The position numbers were made by a program, and so were the translations under genes. The notes below the pieces were generated by a model. The model ran no database searches. It saw nothing but the letters and a program-made list of their open reading frames with translations, and was not told the DNA's origin. Below are positions 39,162-49,872 of a stretch of DNA of 64,000 bases, one piece after another. Origin of the DNA: an uncultured bacterium. Lineage in GTDB: Bacteria > Zixibacteria > MSB-5A5 > CAIYYT01. Position 1 is the stretch's first letter. Every line of letters begins with the position of its first letter. The DNA lies in NCBI GenBank assembly GCA_963726455.1, contig CAVSCK010000005.1, forward strand, positions 544,001-608,000. The letters run 5' to 3'.

Positions 39162-40821
39162 CTTACCTGCGGATTCGTTGCCACCATAACTCGTTTGATA
39201 TTCAGAGTCTCAAAGATCGAAAGCACCGCATAGGTAGTCCAGTAGAGCACCAGGCCGACCGGCAAGCGTTCTAAAGAAGAAGGCGAAAATCAACGGCATC
39301 AGGTAGACCATCATCTTCTGCTTGGGATCGCTGATGGACATCTTCTGCTGGATGAATTGCGCGATGGTCATGATGATGAGCATGATATAGGGAAACGGAT
39401 CGGGTTGCGACAGGTCAGGCCAGTAGCCGAGGAAATAGGCATGACGAAATTCAATGGTAGAGCGAAAGACCTGATAGAGGCCGAACATCAGCGGCATCTG
39501 CGGCAACATCAGGAGGCAACTGCCAAAAGGATTGACTTTTTCCTCCTTATATAGTTTCATCATGGCGGCATTCAGTTTCTGCGGATCGCTCTTGAACTTG
39601 ACCTTCAGCTCTTCCATTTTGGGCTGCAGATTTTTCATCTTCTGCATGGAGATCAAGCTTTTCTTGGTGAGGGGATAGACAATCAGCTTCATCAGGATTC
39701 CCATGATGATGATCACGAAACCATAGTTGGGAATGATGTGATGTAATTGAATCGTCACCCAGTAAACTGCATGCGAGAAGGGGCGAATAATCTTCCAACC
39801 CCAGTCGATGAAATCTTCGAGATTGACGCCAAAGGCCTTTAGAATCGGGGTGTCAAGCGGTCCGGCGAAGATCGTGTATTGATTCGTAAGATTGTCGGCG
39901 GCGCCAACCGGCATAACGATACCGGCAGAAATTGCGCGGCGTTCGTAGCTCGTATTATTGACGGTTTCGACTGCTTTGTCGCCTCTAAACGTGGCGCCGG
40001 TGCCGGTAGCACCCTTGGGAATGATGGCATAAGCGAAATATTTGGTGCGGGAACCGACCCAAAGTGCGGGACCGGAGGGGTCGTCCTTGAGGCGGTTCTG
40101 CTCGAACTTGTCAATCTTGTACATTTCATCCGAGAGATAAACACCGCCTTTGTAATTCGAGTAGTCGTCGGCGAGATTCTTTTCGCTGGGCGGAATCGGC
40201 GGCATCCAGGCGAGGACGTACTCGCGTTCGAGGCCAAGCTGCTTGACACCGTTGACTGACACGTTGACGTCGAAGTTGTACTTGTCGCCGTAGAACACGA
40301 ATTCCTTGACGATTTCGCCTTTGCCCGGAATGGAGGCGGTGAATTTGATCGACTGTGTCGACGCACCGGTAGCCGTCCGGAGAGAATCGCCACTCGCGGT
40401 GTAGGTCAGGGACGTTGTCGGTGAAATTGCCGGTATATGAATGTATTGTCGGGGTCGCCTGTGAGTTCATGGCGATCAAATCGACAAGAGTGCTGTCGGA
40501 ATGTTTGTATTTCTTGAGATCAAGAGCAATCAGTCCGCCGCCTTTGTTGCTGAGAATGGCGTGGTAAAGATCAGTTTCGACTTCGTAACGGTGCTCCGGG
40601 ATTGATTCCTCCTGGGCGATGGCGGATGTATCAAGTGTCGCTGTTTTCGTACTTTCAGGAGCGACCGGCGCGGCCTTGGTGAGCGTGTCCGCGGGTTGAG
40701 TTTCCGATGTGGTCGGCGGCTGCGGTTTTGGCGCCGGTGCGTTTTTGGACCACCAAAGTTGCCAGACAACGAAAATGAGGATGATCAGAATAAAGGCGAT
40801 TACCGTATTGCGGTCAAACAT
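39158..40821 (-). CDS. yidC: Membrane protein insertase YidC (apparent frameshifts ~40390 and ~39260)
   Basis: MFDRNT..., IDWGW, NYGFVII, SMQKMKNLQPK, VNPFGSCL, DLSQPDP; shifted tail LPVGLVLYW ends in TGA overlapping the mnmE ATG. Confidence 0.92.
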
Positions 40822-40824
40822 GTG

Positions 40825-41046
40825 TCACTCTACCGGGTCATAGCCGCCGGGGTGCCAGGGATGGCAGCGTCCGAGCCGCTTTAGGGTCATGTGGGTGCCC
40901 CTGAAAATGCCATACTTGCGATAGGCCTCCAGGGAGTATTGCGAGCAGGTGGGGTAGAAGCGGCAGACCTTGGGCAGCAACGGTCCGGCGACAAGCTGAT
41001 ACGCCTTGACCAGATAGGATGCCGCAAATCCGAGGATTCTACTCAT
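40825..41046 (-). CDS. yidD: Membrane protein insertion efficiency factor YidD
   Basis: CRFYPTCSQY...RCHPWHPGGYDPV. Confidence 0.93.
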   Translation of the reverse strand: MSRILGFAASYLVKAYQLVAGPLLPKVCRFYPTCSQYSLEAYRKYGIFRGTHMTLKRLGRCHPWHPGGYDPVE

Positions 41047-41350
41047 GGTCGAACAACTGTTGGAGTTCGGCTGACACCTGCTGGAAATCCATTTCAAAGG
41101 TTCCGTGTTTGGGCATGAGAACGACTGAATCAGACGCGGGCCAAAGCGATTTGTGGGTGCGAACGAACTCCCGCATCAGTCGTTTCATCCGGTTGCGCCG
41201 CACAGCATTGCCGAGCCGTTTGGGCGTGCGGAAACAGAATTGGGTTCGCCCCAAAACAGAAGCGAGACGGAAGACCACGAAGTGGTCAGATTCCCGTCGC
41301 GCGCCCTGCCGGACAGTCTGTTGGATAAGGCGGTGGTCCGCCAGAGACAT
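41039..41350 (-). CDS. rnpA: Ribonuclease P protein component
   Basis: KRLGNAVRRNRMKRLMRE motif; synteny. Confidence 0.9.
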   Translation of the reverse strand: MSLADHRLIQQTVRQGARRESDHFVVFRLASVLGRTQFCFRTPKRLGNAVRRNRMKRLMREFVRTHKSLWPASDSVVLMPKHGTFEMDFQQVSAELQQLFDHE

Positions 41351-41366
41351 ACCCCTGTCGAAACTG

Positions 41367-41513
41367 TTATCTTTCGTCAGAAACCGTCAGTTTTTTCCTG
41401 CCGTGACGACGTCTGCGGCTGAGCACCAGACGGCCACCTCGGGTTGACATACGTTTACGGAAACCGTGGTCGTTTTTCCGTTTTTTGTTAGAGGGTTGAT
41501 AAGTTCTCTTCAT
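41367..41513 (-). CDS. rpmH: 50S ribosomal protein L34 (missing from the ORF track)
   Basis: Manual translation [48 protein letters not shown]; AGGAG RBS. Confidence 0.97.
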   Translation of the reverse strand: MKRTYQPSNKKRKNDHGFRKRMSTRGGRLVLSRRRRHGRKKLTVSDER

Positions 41514-41548
41514 GCTTCTCCTAGAAAGTACTCCTTAACAAGTTAGTT

Positions 41549-41577
41549 AGTTTACGTACGGCGGGCGGGGAAGTCAA
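41549..41577 (-). promoter_or_regulatory. rpmH promoter
   Basis: Minus strand TTGACT-17 nt-TAAACT. Confidence 0.7.
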
Positions 41578-41748
41578 GGAAATTATCGGGGAGGGGAAAG
41601 CGCTTGCCGAGCAGAGAGATAGCTGCCGACTGAAGAATGTCCCTGACCTTCTGTCCCTGACGGAGAGACATAAGGGAGAAGAGCCGAGCGTCGTGAGCGC
41701 TTGGCTCCTGACCCGTTTCACTGTCAAACGACTTGGCCGCGAAATTTG

Positions 41749-41775
41749 TGTAACGCCATTGATCGAAAGGGGTCT
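41749..41775 (+). promoter_or_regulatory. Possible ECF-sigma autoregulatory promoter
   Basis: TGTAAC-16 nt-GGTCT just upstream of the sigma gene. Confidence 0.45.
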
Positions 41776-41788
41776 TTATTGTGGCACA

Positions 41789-42297
41789 TGATGACATATG
41801 AGGCAGGACGGCAGGACGGAGCCGGAAATGGAGGCACGAATCCTGTTGCTGAGGAGTACTTGCGGCACAGGCGAGCACTTATGAACTACTGCGCATACTT
41901 AATCGGTGATCGAGAGGTCGCCAAAGAGATCGTCCAGGAAAGTTTCCTGCGCTTGATTGGGAAGACCAAAGAGTCTGAGGGCCCGGAAAGTCCCAAAGAC
42001 TGGCTGTTCATTTGCGCCCGCAATTTGTGTTTCAAGCACTTGAGATCGCGCCGGGTGCACAGCTCGTATCAGCCATTGCCGGACAGTTCACACGACGAGA
42101 CCAGCAGCGAAGATCGGCATTTTATCGAACAAGTGCTAGGTCGCATCGAAGCAGAGGAGAGGGATTTGATCCTCCTCCGGGAAGTAGAGCAGTACTCGAT
42201 CTGCGAACTAGCAAGATTGACCAGAGTCAGTGAGGAAGCGGTGCGCGTGCGATTGCACCGAATCAGAAAGAAGATGCAGGAACTAGGAAGAAAGTAG
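41789..42297 (+). CDS. ECF RNA polymerase sigma factor
   Basis: AKEIVQESFLR, WLFICARNLC, LILLREVEQYS..E.A...VRVRLHR. Confidence 0.88.
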
Positions 42298-42756
42298 ATG
42301 GAAAAGAACTGCGAGAAATTCGAGAGACTGATATCAGATCGTCTGGACGGCGAGATTTCGCCGGCAGACGAGTCGGCACTGGAGTCGCATCTGGCCCGGT
42401 GCGAGAATTGCAGAAGCTATGAAGCGTCGGCCATCTTGCTTCGAGAACGGTTGCGCTCTCTACCAGACCTGGCGGATGAATCAGAAGTTTCGTTGTCAGA
42501 GAAAGGGATCGAAAGAAGAAAAAGATTGTGGAGCAGGCGAATATCGTTGCCGCTTCCATTGGCTGCGGCACTGGCAGCGTTGATGCTGGCGGGGTGGTTG
42601 CTGGCACTAGGTCCGGGAGATGTGCGGCCGGCACCGCCAGCGAAAAGATCGGTACTTGTGCAAAGTGTTGAGATCATAAGGGCAGAGCCGGCGCAGGCCG
42701 CCCCTGCCGGGGCGGGCACGATTGATTCGGTTCATCAGAAAGAAGGTGAAATATGA
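42298..42756 (+). CDS. Anti-sigma factor (zf-HC2)
   Basis: C...LISDRLDGE...HLARCENC plus a single TM. Confidence 0.85.
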   Translation: MEKNCEKFERLISDRLDGEISPADESALESHLARCENCRSYEASAILLRERLRSLPDLADESEVSLSEKGIERRKRLWSRRISLPLPLAAALAALMLAGWLLALGPGDVRPAPPAKRSVLVQSVEIIRAEPAQAAPAGAGTIDSVHQKEGEI

Positions 42757-43649
42757 TGCGTGTCATGATAGCTGCGATCTTTGCGGTCGGCCTGTTTGGC
42801 GAAGTCAATGCGGCATCAGAGCGTTTTCTACAAGTGGCGGTGGCGGGGTCTGACGATGCAGGCAAGTCGATTTGTCCGGTATCGCTGGTATACGACATCA
42901 ACCAGGAGCAGCTCTTCAGCGGCGCTTATTACATCGCCGACAGCTCGTGCGGAATAACGGCTGAAGTTGCCGGATATCGACTTGGTGGCATGAAGTTTGA
43001 GATGCTTTACAACATAAAGATGCAGACAGACGACCAGGGTGCGAGACTGAGCGGGAACGCGTATGCTCTCAACTATTCCGGTGGAGAGGAAATGGGTGGC
43101 AGCGAACGATCGTCGGTGGAGAAATCACTAACTCTGGGGAAGAAGACTCTGCTTTGCTCGTTTGGACTGCGGGAGGGTGGAGACGTCCAGATGTACGTCA
43201 CGCTGCTGGACAAATGCCCATCGAGCAGCGTTGATTGCGGAGAGAACGCTCTGACTCTGATTACCTCCGTAACCCAACATGGCAGGCCGTTCTCTCGCAA
43301 TTCGCAGACGCAGAAATTGCTGGCAGAGTCGATGGATTTTCGTTCAGTTATGGGGTCAGATAGCGGGGGACTCGTGATTAATTATGCCGCTTCAGTGCGC
43401 ATACCGGGAGGTATCAAGGCGCTCAGGGAAGCGACCAAATGCCGGGTCGAATTCCTTAGGAATTATCAAATCCTATCTCGACCGAGTGATAGTTCCCAAC
43501 GCATGTCGGTAGTGGGTTATTCCTCGAACAACTCGCAGGAGGTTACGCTGGAGCCGGGGAAGGAACTGCGGCTGGTTTTCCCGCCGGATGAACTGTCGGC
43601 AAAGGGAATTGACATCGAGGATACCCTGGTGATTGTGCCGCGACAGTGA
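42753..43649 (+). CDS. Hypothetical secreted protein
   Basis: Signal peptide; ATGA overlap with anti-sigma. Confidence 0.65.
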   Translation: MMRVMIAAIFAVGLFGEVNAASERFLQVAVAGSDDAGKSICPVSLVYDINQEQLFSGAYYIADSSCGITAEVAGYRLGGMKFEMLYNIKMQTDDQGARLSGNAYALNYSGGEEMGGSERSSVEKSLTLGKKTLLCSFGLREGGDVQMYVTLLDKCPSSSVDCGENALTLITSVTQHGRPFSRNSQTQKLLAESMDFRSVMGSDSGGLVINYAASVRIPGGIKALREATKCRVEFLRNYQILSRPSDSSQRMSVVGYSSNNSQEVTLEPGKELRLVFPPDELSAKGIDIEDTLVIVPRQ

Positions 43650-43726
43650 GTGCGCGGCGTAGCGACCACAGCGGTCCAGAACGAATCTCGCCAGGCGGAA
43701 TTTTCAGACGGCGTTGAATGCCGGCT

Positions 43727-44242
43727 TCACTTGCCCGCTTGCGGCCCCGGGGGGAATAATCCCAGTTGCATCAGAGCACTCAGATTGTCCCAGGACAGCC
43801 ACGTCTCGACCAGTTTGCCGTTCTCGATCCGGTGAATACCAAAGACTTCCAGAGACATCTTTTTGCCGGTAGCCGGAAAAGGTCCCATCGGACCTCGCTG
43901 CGTGGCAGTATAGCGGCAATGGAAGGCAACGAAGTCGCCCTCAGCAACCATCGTTACGATCTCAACGCGTGAGTCTGGGAAGGCAGCGGAATCCTGTTTG
44001 AGGTAGCGTTTGAAATCATCCAGACTGTTCACCTGCACATCGGGTGTTGCCTGACAATGGCGAACATAGTTGGCGACGATCTGCGAGTCGAGCGCGTCCC
44101 AATTCCGGTTGTTGACCGCATCAATGCCCTGAACAAATAGCTGTTTGTTTCTTTCCGTCTTTGACGTGTCGGAAGAAACGCAGCCGAAGATGCTGACCAC
44201 TGACAACATCGTGGCAAGGGCGAACACAGTGCTCACTTTCAT
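43727..44242 (-). CDS. SnoaL-like ester cyclase family lipoprotein
   Basis: AFPD, VAEGDFVA, GPFPATGK, IHRIENGKLVETW..WD. Confidence 0.85.
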   Translation of the reverse strand: MKVSTVFALATMLSVVSIFGCVSSDTSKTERNKQLFVQGIDAVNNRNWDALDSQIVANYVRHCQATPDVQVNSLDDFKRYLKQDSAAFPDSRVEIVTMVAEGDFVAFHCRYTATQRGPMGPFPATGKKMSLEVFGIHRIENGKLVETWLSWDNLSALMQLGLFPPGPQAGK

Positions 44243-44280
44243 ACACTACTCCTTTGGACCTCTTTAATTGTGATGTCTCG

Positions 44281-44342
44281 ATCCTAGCTGCATCTACATG
44301 GGAAGTCAAGGAAATAGTCGGGGAGGAGAAAGCGCTTGCCGA
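44281..44342 (-). promoter_or_regulatory. Diverged copy of the rpmH -35/upstream region placed to drive the SnoaL gene
   Basis: 44300-44342 matches 41568-41610; minus strand TTGACT-17 nt-TAGGAT. Confidence 0.7.
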
Positions 44343-44370
44343 TCATAGAGGTATGGGTTAATTGAGGGTG

Positions 44371-44904
44371 GGCCCTCACCCGGTATTGACCGGGTGGATG
44401 GGTAACAGTTTGGTAGGTCGAAACCCCTTAGGGAAGAACGCTGGTTTTGATCGATCGCGTTAGTTGGGGTTTCGACATTCGCTGTTGTGCGAGGGTATCA
44501 AATGTCGAAACCCGCGTGAAGGCGTGTCGAAGAACTGGCGGCGGAACCACACGGGGTTTCGACCTACGGAAGAAAGCGGAAGAGACCGGGATTGGGTCAA
44601 ACAGGAATGTTTAACCTACTGAGCGGTGAGCAGGGGTGTCAGGTCACGCTCGTGGGGCGAGCTAAGAGCTGACACAACGGATCATAAGGATTCTGTCTCG
44701 ACGGGATTCCTGAGGGCGCGAGAAGGACCCTCACCCCCGGCCCCTCTCCCAAGGGGAGAGGGGAGTAAGGGTTTCGACATACGCATAATTGGGAGTCGTG
44801 AGTGGGAGATGTTGTGGGAAGCCGGGAGATGATGAAGCAGATAAACCCACCCTTGCGGATGGGGTACACCGAGAGCGAAGGTCAAACAAGAATGTTTAAC
44901 CTAC
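44371..44904. repeat. Mosaic of REP-like palindromes (families A, B, C, D)
   Basis: Family C doublet 44413-44567; family A ~44594 and ~44880; family B ~44728-44764; family D ~44843. Confidence 0.85.
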
Positions 44905-44947
44905 CGGATGGTATTTGGCGTGAGACGAATTTCAGGAGAATGAACGC

Positions 44948-47900
44948 GTGACTGGATCGTCGTTGGCAAAAAGTAAGACATCATTAGTGAAAATACTGCA
45001 TAGCTATTTCCCGTTTGGGATACATCTGTCGCGGAAGACCTGGGATTGGCTGGAGGTTTCTACATTATATGGTAGGGCCGAGGTGAGCCAGGTGACGTCG
45101 GGAATGTACGGGATCCGCCTGCTGGTCGATCGCTACAACCAATTTCGTGAGCAGAGTTCGTTGCCGTTGGAGACATTACAGGCAGGACAGGTGTTCACGG
45201 TCAGCGTGATTGTCGATGTGCTGCGCTACCTGGTGATGGCATACTGCCACGACCAGGTTCCGGGCGTGATTCCCAAAGGCCATCAATGGACGAAACAGAA
45301 CAAGGGCGAGACTGTGGCCGAGCGTCCACCGGTTGCGTTTGTCGGATTATTCCCGCCGGTGGCCGTGCATGAGACACAGATCAAAGAAGACGAATTTTTG
45401 CGAAGTATCTCGGAAATCTGCAGTAATCGCGAGACTGTTTCGAGCGAAATGATCCTGCTTGAGCTGGCGATGGAGAATCCGGCATTCAAGAAAGTTCGCG
45501 TGCTCTTTGACGACAGCCGATTTGCAGGAAAGCCGCGCCGTATCAATCATACATCGGGGGAATGGAAGAATATTTCCGGCAACAACCGCCGTTTGCGCCG
45601 CTGGGATTGACTTTGTTCGAATGCCTGCGCGCGCCAATGTTGGCCGCGCCGGATTCACTCGAGGGGCAGTTGGCATACATCAAGCAATATTGGGCTTCGT
45701 TCCTGCCGCCGGAATTGCTGGAGACGGTTGCTTGCTCGCAAGCGACATGCTGAAAGAGGACTGGCGTTTGCGATCGCTGGACACCGGGTTTGCCGAGGTC
45801 ATGCAGTTCGGACGACGCGGGTATGGAGCTGACTATCTTTACGCGGAACACTCGGCGTTTACCCCGGATGCCGACTGGATGTCGAATGTCGTGTTGTTGG
45901 CGAAGCTGGCTTATGTATGGCTGGATCAGTTGTCGAAGAAATACCGGCGAAGTATCAGATTCTTGAGTGACATACCGGACGAGGAACTTGATCGGCTGGC
46001 GCGTTGGGGATTTACCGGACTCTGGCTGATCGGAGTCTGGGAGCGCTCAGCGGCATCGCAAAAGATCAAGCAGATCATGGGAAATCCAGAGGCGGCGCCA
46101 TCGGCGTACTCGCTGTATGACTATGTCATCGCCGCTGATCTCGGCGGTGAGGAGGCGTATCAGAACTTGCGTGAGCGCGCCTGGAAACGGGGGATTCGCC
46201 TTGCCAGCGATATGGTGCCGAATCATATGGGGATCTATTCCCGTTGGGTGGTCGAACATCCGAACTGGTTTATTCAGTTGGAATATCCGCCGTTCCCGGC
46301 CTATCAGTTCACGGGCGTTGATCTGTCGCAGGACGAACGCGTCTGTTTGCAGATCGAAGACGGCTACTGGCAGCATCGCGACGCGGCGGTGGTGTTCAAG
46401 CGGATCGACAAGTGGACGGGCGACACGAAGTATATCTATCATGGCAACGACGGCACGAGTATGCCCTGGAACGATACCGCACAGTTGAATTTCCTGATAC
46501 CGGAAGTACGTGAAGCGGTGATTCAATTGATTCTGCACGTGGCGCGGAAGTTCTCGATCATCCGGTTTGACGCGGCGATGACGCTTGGCGAAACGGCATT
46601 ATCATCGCCTGTGGTTTCCGCCGCACGGCGAAGGCGGGGCGATACCCTCGCGGGCCGAACATGGAATGAGCAAGGAACAGTTTGACGCGGTGTTTCCGAA
46701 AGAATTCTGGCGCGAAGTGGTCGACCGGGTGCAGGCCGAGGTGCCGGATACGCTGCTGTTGGCGGAAGCATTCTGGTTGATGGAAGGGTATTTCGTGCGG
46801 ACGCTGGGGATGCACCGGGTTTACAACAGCGCCTTCATGAATATGCTGAAGATGGAGGACAACCAGAAGTACCGGCTGACGGTGAAGAACGTCCTGAAGT
46901 TCAGCCCCGAAGTGCTGAAACGGTTTGTGAATTTCATGAACAATCCCGACGAACGGACGGCGATCGAGCAGTTCGGCAAAGGCGACAAGTACTACGGGGT
47001 CTCGATGATGCTGGTCACGATGCCGGGGTTGCCGATGTTCGGGCATGGGCAGATCGAGGGGTTCACCGAAAAATACGGTATGGAATACCGCAAAGCGTAC
47101 TGGGATGAACAGATTGACGAGGATATGGTGCGGCGGCATGAACGGGAGATATTTCCTCTCATGCGCAGACGGCGATTGTTCTCGGGATCGGAGAATTTTG
47201 CGTTTTATGATTTCCAGTCGCCGGAAGGCTGGGTCGATGAGAATGTGTTTGCGTACTCGAACCGCGCCGACGGCGAACGGGCGGTTATTCTATATAACAA
47301 CGCCTACAACACGTCGAAGGGGAGAATTCACACCTCGACGCACATCAATGCCGGCACCGGCGATGATGAGTTTTTGGTGACGCGGTCACTGGCGGAAGCG
47401 CTGGCGCTCGATACACGAGAACGGGTGTATTACATCTTCCGGGATTACCAGTCAGGTTTGGAATATATCCGGGCGGGCAAACAGATTGCGGACGAAGGGC
47501 TGTTCGCCGAACTGCACGCCTACCAGTACCTGGCGTATCTGGATTTCCGGGAAGTGTACGACCATGACGGGTCATGGTGGAATCTGGCGAGTCGATTGCA
47601 GGGTGGAGGCGCGCCGAGCATCGACGACGAATACCGCGAGATGCAATTGGAGCCGTTGCTGACGCCGTTTCGCTCGGCAGTCAACGCCGAAATGCTGTAC
47701 AAGATCACCGGCGACGACCGCGCGGCGCGCAAGACCTTCCACCAGGAAATGACCAGGTTCCTGGCGGCTGCGGAGAATTATGCCGGATGTGAGAATGAAT
47801 ATCAGAAGCTGCTGCTGGATGCGATGAACGAGTTGAACGCGGTTCCGCTGGATCAGTTGCGGGAACGGAAGGATGTCAGTGCGACGTTGATCGAGGCATT

Positions 47901-48594
47901 GGCGGGATTCGGACGGCAGTCGCGCCCGTTGGAACATGTGGCGATTGGCTGGATAGCAACGCATCGGCTGGGGAAACTGTGCCGCAAGGATGAACAGACA
48001 CCGGCGCCGGCATTGGCGGAACAGCGGCTGGATGAATGGTTGCTGGGCAAGTCGTTGATGCGCGCGTTCAGCGAATTCGCGGGAAGCGAACAGCACGGAT
48101 ATCTCGATGCGCTGTTGGTGTCGATCATGGTGACGTTCGAAGATACGCTGGCGCCGTACTCGAAAGTCACGATTGCGCAGGCGATGAAGGAGATGTTTCT
48201 GGATGCGCGCGTCGTGGAGTATTTGCAGATACATCGTTTCGACGACGTGCTCTACCTGAACAAGGAACAGCTTGAGCGGCTGGTGAGCGCGCTGCTGTTG
48301 ACGGCGGTGATACAGCTTGCAGCCAAGGGCAAGTTGAACGACACGACCGGATCAATGTCGCTGGAGATGGCCAAGGAAGTCCTGGTGACAGCGGAAGATT
48401 CCGGATATCGGGTGGAGGTGATGGTGAGGGGGTTGGAGGTTAGTGAGCTCACGTGGGGATTGCTCATTCCAATCAATCCAACGGGGATTCCCGTTGAGGA
48501 GTCACAGCGAACTTCAACCATGCACTTTCTGGTAACATCGAAGTTCGAATGGTCTCGTTCTGTTCCTCCGGAGATATCCACCGGCCTACAATAA
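44948..48594 (+). CDS. Large GH13 alpha-amylase-family protein (about 3 apparent frameshifts)
   Basis: GFTGLWLIGVWERS, ASDMVPNH, PWNDTAQL, IRFDAAM, LLAEAFW, NNPDE across ORFs 44948-45610, 45562-45753, 45459-46685 and 46585-48594; ends uncertain. Confidence 0.85.
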
Positions 48595-49752
48595 TTAACG
48601 ATCGGGCAAGTTGAAATCCGAGTCTCTTCCACTCTGAGGAGGTCCATCGGCGAAATCGAATATGATCAAATGATGGGGAACGGAGTGGTTGTCTGGGGGC
48701 AGTATGAAGGTAAACGCCGAGATTCTTGACCGAGCTGTTTTCGGTGGTTGTGTCCGTTCACCTGCAATCGTATTTTGGGTAGATAGACGAAAGTCCTAAC
48801 TTCGTCGCCACTTTAACGTTGATTCCTCGCGGCCAGCTTATTCCAGGCTCTTCATGAAATCTCCTGTGACTACTTCCGAGGGGCACGCGATTGCATTCGC
48901 CATTCCGACAAAGAAAGGAAAATTTGCCAAGAATACGTTGCCGATGGATTTTCAGTCTATTCGTCAGGAGCAGTAAACACTCTGTTTGTCATCGGGCACG
49001 AAAATGATGAGAATTTCCGCAGCATCTTGGGCAACGGCCTGATTGTTATCCAACCACCCCCATCGGTATGGGGAGTTGATGGCCCGGTTTCTTCTGACAG
49101 GTTGGCCTTGAACTCCTACTCCTTTCGGACGAAGTTGATCCGTGAACTGTCGAAAGATTCGACCTCGCACGTCGTTGTTCTCGTTTCGGTGAACGAGCGA
49201 ACGATTGGGAAGTAGCGTATGGCCTCTATCCCCGGCGCGGTGACTAATTTGAAGCCAAAGGATCAAAGCGAATTGAAAGCGTTAGTCAGGGAAACAGACT
49301 GTCTACTAGAGCATAAATCGTCGACCCGTCGAGGATGGTGTGGACGAGTTAGAATCCAAATCTATGAGTACAATTTGGGCGCAATGGTCAGCGGCGATGT
49401 CATATTCTTTTTCGTACTCGCGCAACACATTCGCTTCGCGTGCGAAGTCTATGCCAGGAGCCAGCTTTGGACGAATATCCTAATGAACTTCAACGTGCTC
49501 AACGACTTCCATTTGCATCGCTTGCGTATGCGACAATGAGTCGGTAGTCCGCCTAGCGGGTGGGAGTCATGATTCTCCGGCTATCTTGATTTCATGGAGA
49601 CTTCCTGGCGAAGACTCCTCGTTGACCGGTGACGAAACTGCAAGCCGATTTCCATTTGAATTCTACCACAAGAGCCCATAACTTTACCGGTATAGCAACC
49701 AGTGGTATCAGCCCTTGATCTCCGTCGAGTATCGTTTACAAAGGAGGATACT

Positions 49753-49870
49753 ATGTTCAGAGCCGTCGCGATTAACGGAAGCCCGCATAAGCAAAACGGG
49801 AATACAGGAACTCTTCTGACGCCCTTGTTGCAGGGAATGAAGAGCGCGGGATGCCGGGTCGAGCTCTTTA
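49753..49870 (+). pseudogene. Truncated 5' copy of the flavodoxin-family gene
   Basis: MFRAVAINGSPHKQNGNTGTLLTPLLQGMKSAGCRVELF versus the intact MIRAVAINGSPHKQNGNTG... at 50808; breaks at the palindromic repeat. Confidence 0.85.
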
Positions 49871-49872
49871 CC

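Noticed and set aside
37768-40821. Split mnmE and yidC as separate genes
   Set aside because: Fragments join into full-length proteins with one-base corrections.
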